Shown here piece after piece: positions 1 through 12,903 of a stretch of 64,000 nucleotides of DNA. This DNA is from Malacoraja senta (lineage: Eukaryota). The position numbers and the translations under genes are program-made. Numbering within the stretch: the stretch's first letter is position 1; each line of letters starts with the position of its first letter. The notes below the pieces were generated by a model. That model saw nothing but the letters and a program-made list of their open reading frames with translations. It did not search any database and was not told the DNA's origin. The stretch is from assembly GCA_038087875.1 (NCBI GenBank), contig CM076001.1:312001-376000 (forward strand). The letters run 5' to 3'.

Positions 1-373
1 ATCATACTCACCAATCAGCTGGGTAGGAGGAGGGCCGACTGAATTTGGACGTCGCATGGCGTCGGGCGGTTACGTCATCACGCAACAGCACACCGGGCGG
101 TGACGTCATCGCGCAACGCCACGCGCTAGGCGTATGCCGTCAAGACGCTGCGTACGGCGTCAAGACGCTGCATACGGCCTCAATGCGGCTGCGGGCCGAC
201 AGGCCGTTGTCGCGCGGGATTTTCGGACAGTGCAAGATTTTTGGAGCCCCGCGCGATGTCGGGACCAGCCTCCGGTGATCGAAGTGGGACCGGCCCCGCG
301 AGGCCGTATGCCTCAAGCGACCACGTTCGGTCGTGCTAGACGCATGCTATCGCATGCTGGTGGGAGAGGCCCT
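1..373. mobile_element. Harbinger/PIF-type MITE, right part (runs off the window start)
   Basis: CpG-rich sequence ending GTGGGAGAGGCCCT followed by TTA. Same terminal motif as the GGGCCTGTCCCAC...GTGGGACAGGCCC MITEs elsewhere in the window. Confidence 0.6.
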
Positions 374-1744
374 TTAGGAAATCATTCTCAATATTTATAA
401 CAGTGACCTGGCCTCAACTGGAGAAATGTATTAAAGGTTTAGGAAGGAACTGGTCTGAAGAAGCGTCTCCAACCGGAACGTCACCTATTCCTTCTCTCCA
501 CTGAGTTACTCCAGCTTCTTGTGTCGATCTTAAATATATTCAATTCTGATTGTTTTACTATAGGAAGGATGAGAGATGCTGGGGAGGGCCTGGACAAGAC
601 TTCTGAGACGACAGATATGAGGCAAGATTAGAGAGGCTGGGCTTGTTTTCAGTAGTGAAGGGAAAGCTGAAGATAAATGTAATAGAAGTACAGTAAACCC
701 TCGATTTTATGGACTTCTTGATAATGGGTTTTGTTTATATCGATGGACCTACTGACCTTCACGGCCAGGCTGGGCTGCCAACTCCATCCTCTGCCCACAT
801 CACCATGACCAGCCGCCTCCAGGCTGGCACCTCAGAGCCATCGTCAGCTGTGTCCAGTTGGGCCCGCACTCCCAACCCCGGCGATTTCCGGAGCGTGCTA
901 GCCATGCCATCCTTGGCCCACGCTGGCACCCCTGGCTACCTCAAGGCCAGACCTACTGCCACCATCTCCTGCCTACACTGTTCCATCAGCTGCTTCCAAG
1001 CCGTGCCCACCACCACCGCCGACCATTCCCTGCACCACAGCCGCTCGTGGACCAGGACTAATGACTCCGCTGAACTTCACCTCAACTCTCCTGGATTCCA
1101 GGACCAGTTCCACACACAGAGTGTGAAGAAAGGTTGACGCAAAACATCATTTGTCCATGTTCTCCAGAGATGCTGCCTGAGGTGCTAAATTACTCCAGCA
1201 CTTTATGTCTTTTTGTGGATTAACCAGCACCGGCATTTCTTTCTTTCTACGTCGACAGGACCGCGAGGGGGCTGGAGAAGTTGGACGTGTGGAGCAAGGA
1301 CTGATGGGAGGATGAACTGGGGCAATGCCTCCAGCACCTTCAGGTAGGCTGCAGGAGGTGCCCCCAGGACACAAATGTGGCCGGGCGAGGAGAGGGACGT
1401 TGGTTCATGGAAGCTGCTCCAGTACATCGAGCTGCCGGACAAACTGGACTTTGGACTTTGAATAATGGCCCCAAAAATGTTGGCACCCGCATGTGTAATA
1501 TATGCAAAATGAATATCACTGTGCATTTGCATATGTGACAAATAAAGGATTGAACTATTTTATATTGAAGTCTCGTGATGAGACTACATGAAAAAGAACC
1601 CGCCAGCCCGCATGTGCGTCAATACGTCGACGCATGGCGCGGGATTCGGAGCAGTTCGAAACTGCTCCGGCAGGTAAGACTATTTTGTTTCAGGAACGGG
1701 CCGCTACTCCGAAAACAGGTGCAGCAGGCCCGGATAACCTGACG

Positions 1745-2800
1745 GCGTGGCCCGTGCAGCTACCGCCGTTGGAGGCTCCGAATGGCAGCAGGCAGCCGGA
1801 CTTGGTGAAACTGACGGGCACGGCCCGTGCAGCTACCGCCTTGAGGCTCCGAACGGGAACAGGAGGCCGGAATTGGAAAAGCTAACGGGCGTGACCTCTG
1901 CAGCCACCGCCAGTAAGGCTCCGGATGGGAGCCGGCGGCTGGAATTGGTGAAGCTGACGGGCGCGACCCGTTCAGCCACCTCCGTGTTGGCTGCAGAAGG
2001 GAGCAGGTAGCGGCACATGGAGAAGCTGAAGGGCGTGACCCATACAGCTGCCTCCGTTGAAGCTCCAGAAAGGAGCAGTCGCGAGTCACTCGCTGGCCCC
2101 GCAAAAGCAGCCTGTTGAACCAGGCTTGCAGTACTGGCAGGTGTGACCTGTCCAGTGAGCCCCACTGAGACTCTGGCCAAAGGAGCAGCCTGTCAATCCA
2201 GGCTGGGAGAAATGGCAGCGCGATCTGCACAGTCAGCTCCAGCAAGGCTCCAAAAACAGCAGAAGGCCGCAGGGGCAGCCTGTCAAATCAGGATTGGAGT
2301 AATGGCAGGCGCGGCCTGTTCAGTGAGCTCCGCTAAGGCTCCGAAGGAGCAGAAAGGGCCAAAGCAGCGGCCTGTCTAACCAGGCTGGGAGTAACTGGTA
2401 GAGTGACCTGCACAGTAAAGCTCCAGCAAGGCTCTAAAGAGGTTGTAGGCCGAAGGAGCAGTCTGTCCCATTGGGCTCAGAAATACTGGCACGCGTGTCT
2501 TGCACAGCAATGTCACTTTTGAGCCACAGAAGGGAGCTGTTTGGCAAGCGTGGGGCTGGAGATGTGGTCAGACATGGTCTGCAATAGAACTTCGCTGAAG
2601 CTCCAACAAGGAGGTCGACCAGGGCTCAGAGACGCTGGCAGGTAAGGTCTCTTTACTAACCTCCGTAAAAACTCCGAAATGGAGCAGTCTGTCGACCCGG
2701 GTTTGGATTTACTGGCAGCATGGTCTGTCTAGCACCTTTCACTGTCTCTAGAGAAGGTTGATGCAGAGACATTGGCAGGGTGCCTTGCATAACAACCTCT
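1745..2800 (+). repeat. Degenerate 72-bp then ~90-bp tandem repeats inside DIRS copy A ORF1 region
   Basis: Anchor G(G/A)CCCGTGCAGCTACCGCC-like at 1749, 1822, 1893, 1965 and 2037. GCAGCCTGTC-like anchors at ~2185, 2275, 2367 and 2458. Confidence 0.75.
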
Positions 2801-4127
2801 GTAAGTTCCAAGTAGGAACAAATTGGCTACCCTGGTTCAGGGTAGACCAACTTGCAACTGGCTGGCCATATGGAACATATTGGCCAGGGAAGCACTGCCT
2901 CAACATCTGTGATCGGGGTTATCAGACTGCTCAGTAGAGTGAGGTAGTTTGAGCAACACATGCTGAATTCTTTCAGCTCAGTTAGTAGAGTTGCCAGCTC
3001 ACTGGAACATCATTTGCCATCCTCTCGGGGATAGGTAGCTACCAGCAGAAGGCCGATCTGGCATGGTTTTTATCTGACCTGCAGGTTCATGTTGTAAATA
3101 GTAAATATATATATAATATTAATCTGTAGACTCTCAATACCAGAATTCCTGATTGAGAGACTGGTCGAAGAGAATGTGTTGCGCACACTGGCGACTGAGA
3201 CAGGTGGTTCCAGTCAGAGGACTGCGGAGCAATTCCTGGCTCAGGGTTGCATTATGATATTTTCCACTCTGAGGAAGGCTGTTGAGGATTCGTGGTGACT
3301 CTGATGGTGAGGAGTTGACAGGGAACTCGTATTCCCAGATCAAGTGGATGTTACGCTTCAACTCTAATCATAAGGATCTGATATATGCTATGATTCTGCT
3401 AGACACTGGAGCTTGGTAGGTTTATGTAACCAGTGGAAGCAAAACAAGTCAAAAGGCCTTATGCCCCAGAAAATTGTGAGTCTTCTCAGGGAAGGATTCG
3501 GCCTTTGCAAGGTCAGTAGAGGAAATTCTGCTGTCTGATTTACAGTAGACACTTTAGCACTTTTGTGTATTTGCAGTCTAAACTCAAATGTGTTAGGATG
3601 GTACAGGCCTGAAGTCTATACAATTGATGTTAATTTAGTGCAAAAGAATTTCCACAGTGGGTGTGGTAAATACACCCTTGGAGGGTAAGACTCTTGTTTA
3701 CATGCATACATATCATCTCTACCGAGTGAGTGGCTGATACTGCTTCACTGAGGCTGGTTTGGAGCACCAGGCCTTCACAATGAACCAAGGCAGAGGGCTT
3801 TTATTCACAGGTTTCAGCGATCACCATGAATGCAGAACTCTCATACTCAGTATTGTTCCCAGCGGGTCAGGATGTCTGTGCAAGGAGATAGAGCAAAATC
3901 TAGGATCAGTTGACTATTAGTCTTCTGCCTGAGGCCAATTTTTGGTGGTGTCTGTCTCAGGGATTGCTGGATCTTCGTTGCGGGGGGGGGGGGGGGGGTG
4001 ATAATCACCTTTTGTTATTCTATTAGCAGTCTTGGTGTTTTTTATAGCAAGGGCTTTCTCAGAAACTGCCTTGATCACATCTACAGTCACCATCTGTCTT
4101 GTCATGGACAACAAAGTAACAATGAGG

Positions 4128-5102
4128 AGGAGGAGCCATCTTGTGGAACGGCTGCCAACCAGCAGCCGTCCGTTTAAATTACTTTTTTAACGGTTTTAGT
4201 GAGTCTCCGTTTTGCTTGTAGTAGACATTCTACTTTTTAATGTCTGGTGAAGGGGGCAACGAAATTTCTAGGTCCCTACCTGGTCGGTGAGGCAGCTTTT
4301 CTCCGGGCTGCCCCGTTGACCCGTCCTCGTGGCCTACCAGCGTGCTGGAGCGCCGTTTCCTGGCAGGAACCGCCCTGCACCTCGGTTTGGTGGCGGCACA
4401 GTGCCGGAGCGTAGCGGGCGATGCCTTGCCTGGATCGCCGCGCTGGATCGTCGCGTCGGAGCTCCGGTAGGCTGTGACCGCCGAGGTCAACACCTCCGGG
4501 CTGCGGGACTGCGGAGAGGATCGGGCGGCGCCGACTTTAACATCAGGAGCCTTGGAGCTCGCGGCCTTGTCGGCTTCGGTAGCTGCAGCCTCCGGTGAGG
4601 AATGCGGCCGTTCCAGGTGGCCCAGCCGCTGTGAGGACTCTCCCGACGCCGGGGCAACATCACCCGGTGAAAACGGCCAGGAACATCGGGCCTCCGTAGA
4701 GGCAATAGCGGAGGCCTCATTAGGCCTGACTTTGGGTGAACTGGGGTTGGGGACTGGACATTGTGCCTTCCCCCACAGTGGTAATCATTGTGGGGGGATG
4801 ATTTTTGTGTGCTGTGTCTTTGTTAGTCTGTGTTCAAGATGGCGGTCGGAGGGGAGAGTGGACGCTGGCGCGGTTTAGCTGCCGCTGCTCTCGCCTCAAA
4901 TTGTGTTTCTGATTTTCTTTTTTGTGCCTTTGGAATGAATTCTGTCCTTAATTTGTGTATTGTGATGTTGTTGATGTCCCTACTATTTTTTTTTTTTTTT
5001 TTTAAATTCTGCTTATATGTTTTGTAATCTACTTATCTGCAAGGCGTCCTTGAGAGTCTTTGAAAGGCGCCCATAAGTGTAATGATAAATCAAAAATAAA
5101 TA
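4128..5102 (+). mobile_element. ~1 kb non-autonomous L2-tailed retroelement, copy 1 (inside DIRS A)
   Basis: Starts AGGAGGAGCCATCTTG, has a GC-rich body and ends TGAAAGGCGC...AATAAA. Flanked by AATGAGG on both sides (4121-4127, 5103-5109). Collinear with 27245-28263. Confidence 0.75.
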
Positions 5103-7811
5103 AATGAGGTGAAGGTTGTTGAGTATGCCAATGTTATTACATCAGTCGCATGAGATGTGCTGTCGATATTCAAGTCGGAGATAGGTAAGACGGTTCGACA
5201 AACGTAGGGACAGATAACCTCCGAATTTTCCATTTTACAAATCATAAACGGTTATAAGATTCAGTTCTCTGGTTAACTAATTCCTCCGCAGCAAGAGAAG
5301 CCAAGATTTCTGTATTTATGGTTCAAAGAGGAAACTATGGCTATCCAAGTGAAAACAGAGACATCTCACAAAGGAAGAGCAGTCTGCTCAAAAACTAGAG
5401 GGTATATTCTAATATTTTCTCAAGGTTGAAGAAAAATGGAGGATGCCAAATCAGGCTTGGATTTGGCTGGTCTGATCATGTGGTTGGTATAACCAGTTTA
5501 AGATGGATAATTGTCATTCAGCAATTTAGCTGGTTACAGAGGATTTAGGGCCTCAACCGATCTGGAAGATACATACCTTTCCATATCAATATACAAGAGG
5601 CACAGATATATCTGGTGTATTATGGCAAGGTCAGTTTTGGAAATTGTAGGCTCTACCTCAGTCCGAGGCTATTTACAAATATTCTAAAGTTAATGCTGCC
5701 CTACTCAGATCTAAAGGGCATTTTGTCACGGAGTTTATAGACGACATGAATTATAGTAGTGCCATTTTGGCCTACTCACCCAGGGCTTCATTGTAGATAA
5801 GTCTGCCGAAAGAAGCTCCTATATTTGCTCGAAGACACGAGTGGTGGCTAGTTCAGCGTATTTCTCGTGCATCTATCGTTGCATGGTTGTATGGAAAGTT
5901 TGTGAAGAGATACATGTGAGCTACTTTAAACAAAAGTAGCAGAGGTTTGTGGTTCTTTCAGTTTGGGTTTAAAAGAAGCGATTATGTTATAACGCAATTG
6001 ACACTGTTCTTGCTGCTTTGTCATTGTATCTAGTTCTATAAGTGGGTCAACAAATGATTGGTTATTCACCCACTGGTAACTAAGGTTATGAAAGGTGTCT
6101 TTTATATGAACACTCTAAAGCCTAGATTCAAAGTAGTGTGGAATGTGTAATCAGTATAAATTATTATGCAGATATTCCTAATGTTGGAGCAGTATCTTTT
6201 AAGTTAATTATGCTTATGACAACTGATTTCAGCACAAAGAGCACAATCTTTACACAATCTCCGTCTGGATCTCTGGGTCATATCTGACATAAGGATAGCT
6301 TTTATGAAGGAATCATAAAGCAAACGTGCATGGTTGGGTAAGTTGGAGTTGACAGCATACCCACCAGATCGGAGATTGGGGGTGTTGATTATGTAAAAAG
6401 ATACACTGAGCTTACTAGTACCTATGAAACAAAGGATAGTTTCTTCATAGTTATTTAATAATTTCACAAGAGATTGTTGGTGCAGACTATTTCAAGATGG
6501 ATAGAGTGCAAGCAGCTAAAAGCGGGAGTGAATTCAAATAATTTCAAGTCTGGGGGGCTGGCTCGTTAGCAGCCAATAGAATGGATTTCCCCTTTGATCA
6601 TCTTGCAACAGCAGGAGGCTCAGATAAGCGCACTTTCAGAAGTTATAAAATTTCGTTGAACATGTCTGGATGGTTGCAGATAGAATGCTGAACAGTGTTG
6701 CATGAGCAATTGAATAACCCAAAGGCAATTGGGACTGTGGTCCGATTAAGGGCAATGTACATGTATGTAAGTTAGCATCATGTTGTTAATAGCCCATGTC
6801 TTTTCTACCATTTATGGTTTATCTGTTTAAGTGTTTCACACACTGATTGGTTTACTGCATGAAACCACAGAGCTTCAAAGGCTTCACGTAGTCTCATCAC
6901 GAGACTTCGATACAAAATAGAAAGATTAAACAAAAACTTACCGTTTGAAGTTTGATCTTTACTTTATGAGAAGTTGAAGTGAGGGACTACGTGCCCTCCA
7001 CTCCCAACCCTGAATCTCATAAAGATCATTCGGTAAGTCAAGCATTATTAATCTTTCTATAGGTTAAATTCATGAAAGTGGTCTGTGGTTTCATACAGTT
7101 GCTTTGAAGATTGACGCGCATGCAGGCTGGCGGGTTCTTCTTCACGTAGTCCCTCACTTCAACTTCTCATAAAATAAAAATCAAACTTCAAACGGTACGT
7201 TTTCGTTTATTCTTTCTATTATACTCCCTTACTTGGTCATAGTGGACAATCGGCAATAACGGACACCATTGCCCCTCCCCACAAGGTCCGTTATAACAAG
7301 GGTTTAATATAAATACAAGATGGGAATTTGGGCAGAGTGCCTTATGGAAGCCTGCACTCTAAATGTTGTTAAGTGTGTAGTTGAATTCAGGATTGCTCTA
7401 CCTGCAAATGTGTTGAAGACAGTTTCAACCATGGTCTCAGATAAACAGAAATTAGATAAATAAACCACGGAGAAACATTTGTAAAGCTATAGAGAAAGGC
7501 CCAGGGAATAACATTTGTGAATTGCTCTCGGAGAGAGAAGGCACAATGGGGTGAATGGCCTTTGTGCTGTAACCTTCTCTGATTATTTTAATTATTTTTT
7601 GATGTGGTAATGAACTGTGGTTCATTAGATAATTTTGAATAATAAATTTCACCATTTCCTTGATGACAGTTTTTAGACCAACTAGCCTGTAGTTCTCTTC
7701 TTTTTCTTATTCTCCCTTCCTGAATAGCATTAAGAAATTTGGTGTTTTGCAATCCATTGAGATCGTTTTGAATCTAACACGTTAGCAAAAAATATAACTC
7801 AGTCATCCCCT

Positions 7812-8345
7812 AGATAGACACAAAAAGCTGGGGCGACTCAGCGTCTCTTGAGAAAAAGGAATAGGCGACATTTTGGGTCAAACCGCTTCTTCAGACTGAG
7901 AGTAAGGGGAAAGGGAAACAAGAGATATAGAGGGTGATATAGAGAGATAGAAGACCAGAATGAATGAAAGGTATGCAAAAATGATCAAGAAAATTGTAGT
8001 TTTTTGGCTGTGGGCTAGGTGTTGATGAGTTATACAGACAATGACACTCACCAGGAAGAAAGTGAACCTAGTACAACAAATAGGGTGGGGGAGGGAAGGA
8101 GAGAGTGGGGATGCAAGGGTTACTTGAAGTTAGAGAAATTAATATTCATACCGCTGGGTTGTAAACTTCCCAAGCGAAATATGAGGTGCTGTTCCCCCAA
8201 TTTGCATTTGGCCTCACTCTGATAACAGAGGACAACAAGGTCGGTGTGGGAATAGGAAGGAGAATTAAAGTGTTTGGCAACCGGGAGATCAGGTAGGCCC
8301 GGGCGGACTGAGTGAAGGTATTTGGCGAAATGATCGCCCAGTCTC
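7812..8345 (-). mobile_element. Penelope-like element 3' end / pseudo-LTR
   Basis: Reverse strand matches the GIY-YIG C-terminal region and pLTR at 53700-54520 (EQHLIFRLG...GMNI), with a decayed hammerhead motif at ~7863-7897. Confidence 0.75.
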
Positions 8346-8654
8346 CAATTGTTCAGTCACTTCTTTTAGAACCCTACGATTCAGGCCATTCCAAACCAAA
8401 AATTAGTTAGCCTTCATTCTCATTAATTCAGTTAGTTCTCTTTTTCTCTGGTGTCAAGTTTTACCTTAAGTTTTGCTTCCCTATTTCTTACTATTTTTCC
8501 ATTTAGTATCTTCCACAGCAGGAATGGAAACAAAGTATTTGTCCACTGCTTCTTTCTCATTTCCCATTTTAAATTTGCTTTTACATTTTCTTTGTGCCTA
8601 CATTTAATCTTAATATGCTCTTTCTTTTTGACATACTTGTCAAAGTCTCCCAAA

Positions 8655-9745
8655 TCTATACAGAACTAAAACTCTGATCTCGTGCTCTTCCGGTTTGCAT
8701 GATTTTTCTATTTGCCCCAAAACGGTACTCGATAAAGCTACGATTTTTCGCCACCTTACTCACCATTCCCCTGTGCTCAAGTGCAACAAGCTATGTTCTG
8801 ATCGATGGTATAGTTTAAAAATTATGAAGGTTTAAATATCTTGAAAGCCGCGCATGCGCAGATTGGTCTGCTCTCCTGTCAATCAGAAATATGCCGATTG
8901 GTCCCTTCTGTCAGTCAGGCCAATGGTGACGCCCCTTCCTGCTCGCTGCCTGGCGACTTTACTGGAGCTGAGGGGCACTCCGCTGTGGCCGGCGGAGGTT
9001 TCTAACCGGACACAATTGTCGGACTGACCGGAAGTAGCATGGAGCCGGAGATGTCGGCCAAACGGGAAGCAGAGAATCTGATCCCGGCGGAGGAGAGCAA
9101 CCAGTTACTGATCCACCTGCTGTGAGACTCCATCTCATCACCGACCAGCTCCACTCTCTTCCCCTCTGGTCCACTCTCTCCCCCTCCCACTTCTTCCCTC
9201 CCCTCCCCTTTCCCCATACCCCGCCCCCCCCCCCCACATTCCCCCCTCTCCCTCCCACATCCCTCTACCCACCCTCCCACACCCCTCCCGCCCACACATA
9301 CCTCACACCCCCGCCACGCACCTACCCTCCCCACATACCCCCTCACCCCACGATACCTCCTCCTCCCTTCACCACCCTTACCCCCACACCACCCCCTTGT
9401 CCCCCTCCCATATCCTTACCTCCCCTCCCCCTACACCCCGCCCACACACACCCCCCGCCCACACACACCCTCCTCCCCTCCCACCACACACCCCCCTGCC
9501 ACACAACTCCCGTTCCCTCCCCTCCCACACATGAAGAGGAGGGGGAGGGAGTGCTGGGGATGAGGGGAAATGAGCCGCACCTGCTGAGTTATGGGCTATG
9601 GGTGAGTGGTGGAATATTGCATTGGGGGAATGGATTGTGTCGGGGGAACACGTGAGTGATGGAATATTGCGTTGGGGAACGGGTTGTGTTTGGGGCCCAG
9701 GCCTCCCGTGTGACATTGGGACCCAACGGGTCCCACTTAGTCTAG
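8655..9745 (+). mobile_element. Non-autonomous Helitron
   Basis: A|TC 5' end, 3' hairpin TGGGACCC-AAC-GGGTCCCA (9717-9735), CTAG|T 3' end, no TSD, and an internal C-rich low-complexity tract. Confidence 0.88.
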
Positions 9746-9929
9746 TTACAATTAAAATCGTGTTTGTGCTGTAAGCCCAGGATAAGAGCTCAAAGTATTA
9801 TCTAACTAAATACATCAACTTATGCTAAGGACAATAACTCACTCTACATGCAGTGAACAGCTGCCTACATGTTAACATGAAACAAAAACGGATCATATAG
9901 ATGCAAGTTATCAAGTAGGCACCTCCCTT

Positions 9930-11065
9930 CACTGGTGTTTCATTGCGTTCGGCCCACAATGTCTCCGTTGGTTCTGGCATCCCAGAACAACAACAAACCC
10001 CCGCTCCCCCCCCCCCTCCTCCCCCCCCCCCCCTGACTAACTGACCATAACACTATATTAGGCCCCAAACTAGCAGTAATTATTTCCTGTGGAACAGCAA
10101 GCTTTCCTCCAAAATCTACCTGCATCTCCCAATCATTGGTTCCCCGCAACTGGCCTGACTCAAACCTATCTGCAAACTTCCCTCCTCAACCTTTCTCTCC
10201 CTCACAGACAAAATGAATCACTACACTCTCAGTCCTGATGCCTACTGAATTCACCTGTGCTCTCCTCCTCTCAATTGCTGCAGCCATGCACTTCAAGACC
10301 TAGTTATGCCGCCAAGTATACCAACCTTGAGAAAGATTAGTCCTACATCCTGACAAAATATGCCTCAACGTTGCCACCTCTGAACAGAAGGGACACGTCG
10401 GGTCCCCACCTCCCCATTGTTTGAGGTTCTGCGGTGATGGCAGCACATCATAAACAGCCCTTACGAGGAAACTTACACGACCCGCCTCCATACACCTCAG
10501 TTCCCTCCAGCTAAACTTCCCTCCATACACTCCAGTTCCCTCTTTTCTACACTTACTCAGTTCATCCACTGTCCCTGCTTAATCTGGGCAACGTCTCTTA
10601 TACATCCCACTGCTTCCTCCTGACAACGTACCTGCTCTACAACCAATTTCCTCCTCTCTGTTGGACCTGCCTGACTCCACACTGGTTTCCCTGTGCAGAG
10701 CCCAAATCCTCTTTTCCCTTGCAGCACCCCACCAACAATGTCTGTATGCCTCAGAGCTGCTTGTGCTTCTTCTACTGCCTGCTTTGAGTTCCACTTCCTC
10801 CCTCTAATTACACTTGGCTCCAGATAACTACGGTATCCTTCCTCCCTGATAATTGCAACTCTAACCTCACCTTAGCACACTTAAACCCCTCTGTTAGGCT
10901 AGACAATGGTATATGGAGAATGCCTTTCCCATATAAAGCCACATTACTGAGACACTGTGGAACTCGTAACCATTTTCTAATATATAAACTAATCAATCTC
11001 TCCAACCTTTCCACCTTACAAATTGGCACCTCATATACTGTCAATGGCCACATCAACCTAGCGAA
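9930..11065 (-). mobile_element. HERO-like (restriction-like endonuclease) non-LTR retrotransposon fragment
   Basis: Frameshifted peptides RLMWPLTVYEVP...IRKWL, YDVLPSPQNL...CPFC...HILSGC...YTWRHN and DWEMQVD...PNIVLWS, i.e. the CCHC knuckle, RHN and PD region typical of RLE clades. Confidence 0.75.
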
Positions 11066-11916
11066 TGTTTCTATGCTCTTTGCCAATCTGTTGCTACATT
11101 CTATATTCTAATATTTTAGCCATTCTTTGCTAATTTACAACTTTCTCCCAGCTGTAATTATTTGCAGAATACCCTTCTTTCTTTCATTCTATATTAACTT
11201 TAACTTATTGATCACTGTCATAGAAATTGTAACTATGTGTTTTTGTTGTGATTTATAATTATTTTTTTCTTTGCGCATCTACCCATATTTTCACATCATT
11301 TTTTTTCCATAGAAATCTCAGATATAAATTTGTTCCTCTTAAATTGAATAAGAAATAATAAACCTTAAAGATCCATTACCCTTTGATCATGAATTAATAC
11401 CATCCATTAGATCTGTAATGTCAGGTGTATGAGCTATCTACCTCAGTTATGATTGAGCTGTAGCTACTATTTGAGTCAATGATCCTTTGTTTAGGAGCAA
11501 GTTCTTCACTTGGCCAGCCTCATAAAAAATGAACCAATGTCACATTCCTGGACTTTGCTTCATTGGCCATTCACGCAAGCATGAAGTCAGCAGCATAAAT
11601 AGGTTACCATAACTTAAAGGAGTCATTGTTGCATTGCTTTTGATCGATTCTTCCTCTGTGCAATTTGACCGCTGAGTTTCCCCAACATTACCCTGGCAGC
11701 AATTTAAAACCTTAAAAACCTTGGGCCTATTTTATAGAATTATATCAGAGCATCTTTTATTATTGGAATGGTTCCCTTTCTGCCAAAGGTTTTCACCAGC
11801 TAACACATGAACAATCGATATCAGTTAATTTTAAGGATTATTTATATCCTTTTATGGTTATTTCACAGTTTCAATTCGAATGTATTATCAGTTGAATAAT
11901 GGTTAAGAACAATAGT

Positions 11917-12190
11917 GGGCAGCATAGTGGTGCAGCGGTAGAGTTGCTGCCTTACAGCACTTGCAGCGCCAGAGACCCGGGTTCCATCCGGCCTACGGGT
12001 GCTGTCTATACGGAGTTTGTAGTTATTTCCGTGAACGTGTGGGTTTTCTCCAAGATCTTTGGTTTCCGCCCACACTCCAAAGACGTACAGGTATGTAGGT
12101 TAATTGGCTTGGTATCATTGTAAATTGTCCTTAGTATGTGTTAGTGTACAGGGATCGTTGGTTGAGTAGTGTACAGGATTCAGCTGGTTG
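11917..12190 (+). mobile_element. tRNA-derived V-SINE (HE1-like)
   Basis: A box TGGTGCAGCGG, B box GGTTCCATCC, and V-domain-like GGAGTTTGT...GGGTTTTCTCC...GGTTTCC-CCCACA. Confidence 0.8.
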
Positions 12191-12489
12191 GACTGAAGGA
12201 AGACTTTCCTACTCTTTTCTGTTCCAAAAGGGCTACCACTTATTTAGAAACTGAGACTATTTTTGTTGTAAACTTATTTGAAGGAGAAACATCCTTCCTG
12301 ATCTATTGAAGTACTTTGATTCAATGAAGTTACTTCTCATTCGTCTTAGCTCTAGAGAGTGGAGGCCCCGCCTCCTCAACATATTCCCATGCAAAGATCC
12401 TCCAAGGCCAGAAACCATTCACATGCCTCCTTCACTTCATGGCAGGAGAAATGTGTGCACATCAGGGAGTGGGGTAGGTGATGCACAGA

Positions 12490-12903
12490 AAAGAGCAGGG
12501 TGGGGGTGCAGGTGGGGTTAGTGCTGTCCAGGTGTCCATCCAGGTGGCACCGATGTTCACGTACACCTTCTCAAACCTCACCTACTGCATTTGGTGTTCC
12601 CGACCTGGTCTGTACATCGTCGAAACCAAGTGTAGAGTAGGCAACCGTTTTGCTGAATACTTCTATTTAGTCTGCCAAGGCCGGCTGTATCTTTTAGTTG
12701 CTAATCACTTCCCATTCGCAAACCAACCTTTCTATCCTTGTCCTCTTCCATTGCCAGAGTGAGGCCACACACAAAGTGGAGGAACAGCACCTCATATTCC
12801 GCTAGGAATATGACCCAAGTCAAGTCAAGTCAAGAGAGTTTATTGTCATATGTCCCAGATAGGACAATGAAATTCTTGCTTGTATAAACAGTATAAACAT
12901 TGA
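12490..12903 (+). mobile_element. Penelope GIY-YIG remnant (interrupted by a LINE tail and DIRS B; resumes at 17805)
   Basis: Peptide FTYTFSNLTYCIWCSRPGLYIVETKCRVGNRFAE. Joining across DIRS B gives AACATTGAATTCTCCAATTTAAAGTAA (NIEFSNLK*), comparable to NIDFSNFR* ending at 54335. Confidence 0.75.

Larger units (their letters stand above)
1557..7220 (+). mobile_element. DIRS1-type YR retrotransposon, copy A (degenerate)
   Basis: Both ends are ATT. The ICR at 6883-6993 is the reverse complement of the left terminus plus the right terminus, joined at AAT. The right ITR (~7110-7150) mirrors the left ITR. Decayed RT (~5350-5800) and YR (~5950-6680) remnants align by eye to copy B. Confidence 0.88.
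691..7309. mobile_element. Tc1/pogo (Tigger-like) MITE split by later insertions
   Basis: Left end TA|CAGTAAACCCTCGATTTTATGGAC and right end GTCCGTTATAACAAGGGTTTAATA|TA form imperfect TIRs with TA flanks. The flanks rejoin into a CR1 3' fragment (YEARLERLGLFS...IEV / YK-like). Confidence 0.6.

Noticed and set aside
11917..11995. tRNA genes at SINE heads (also 21212, 51884, 60505, 62527)
   Set aside because: The A/B boxes run directly into a V domain and LINE-like tail, with no complete cloverleaf or terminator.
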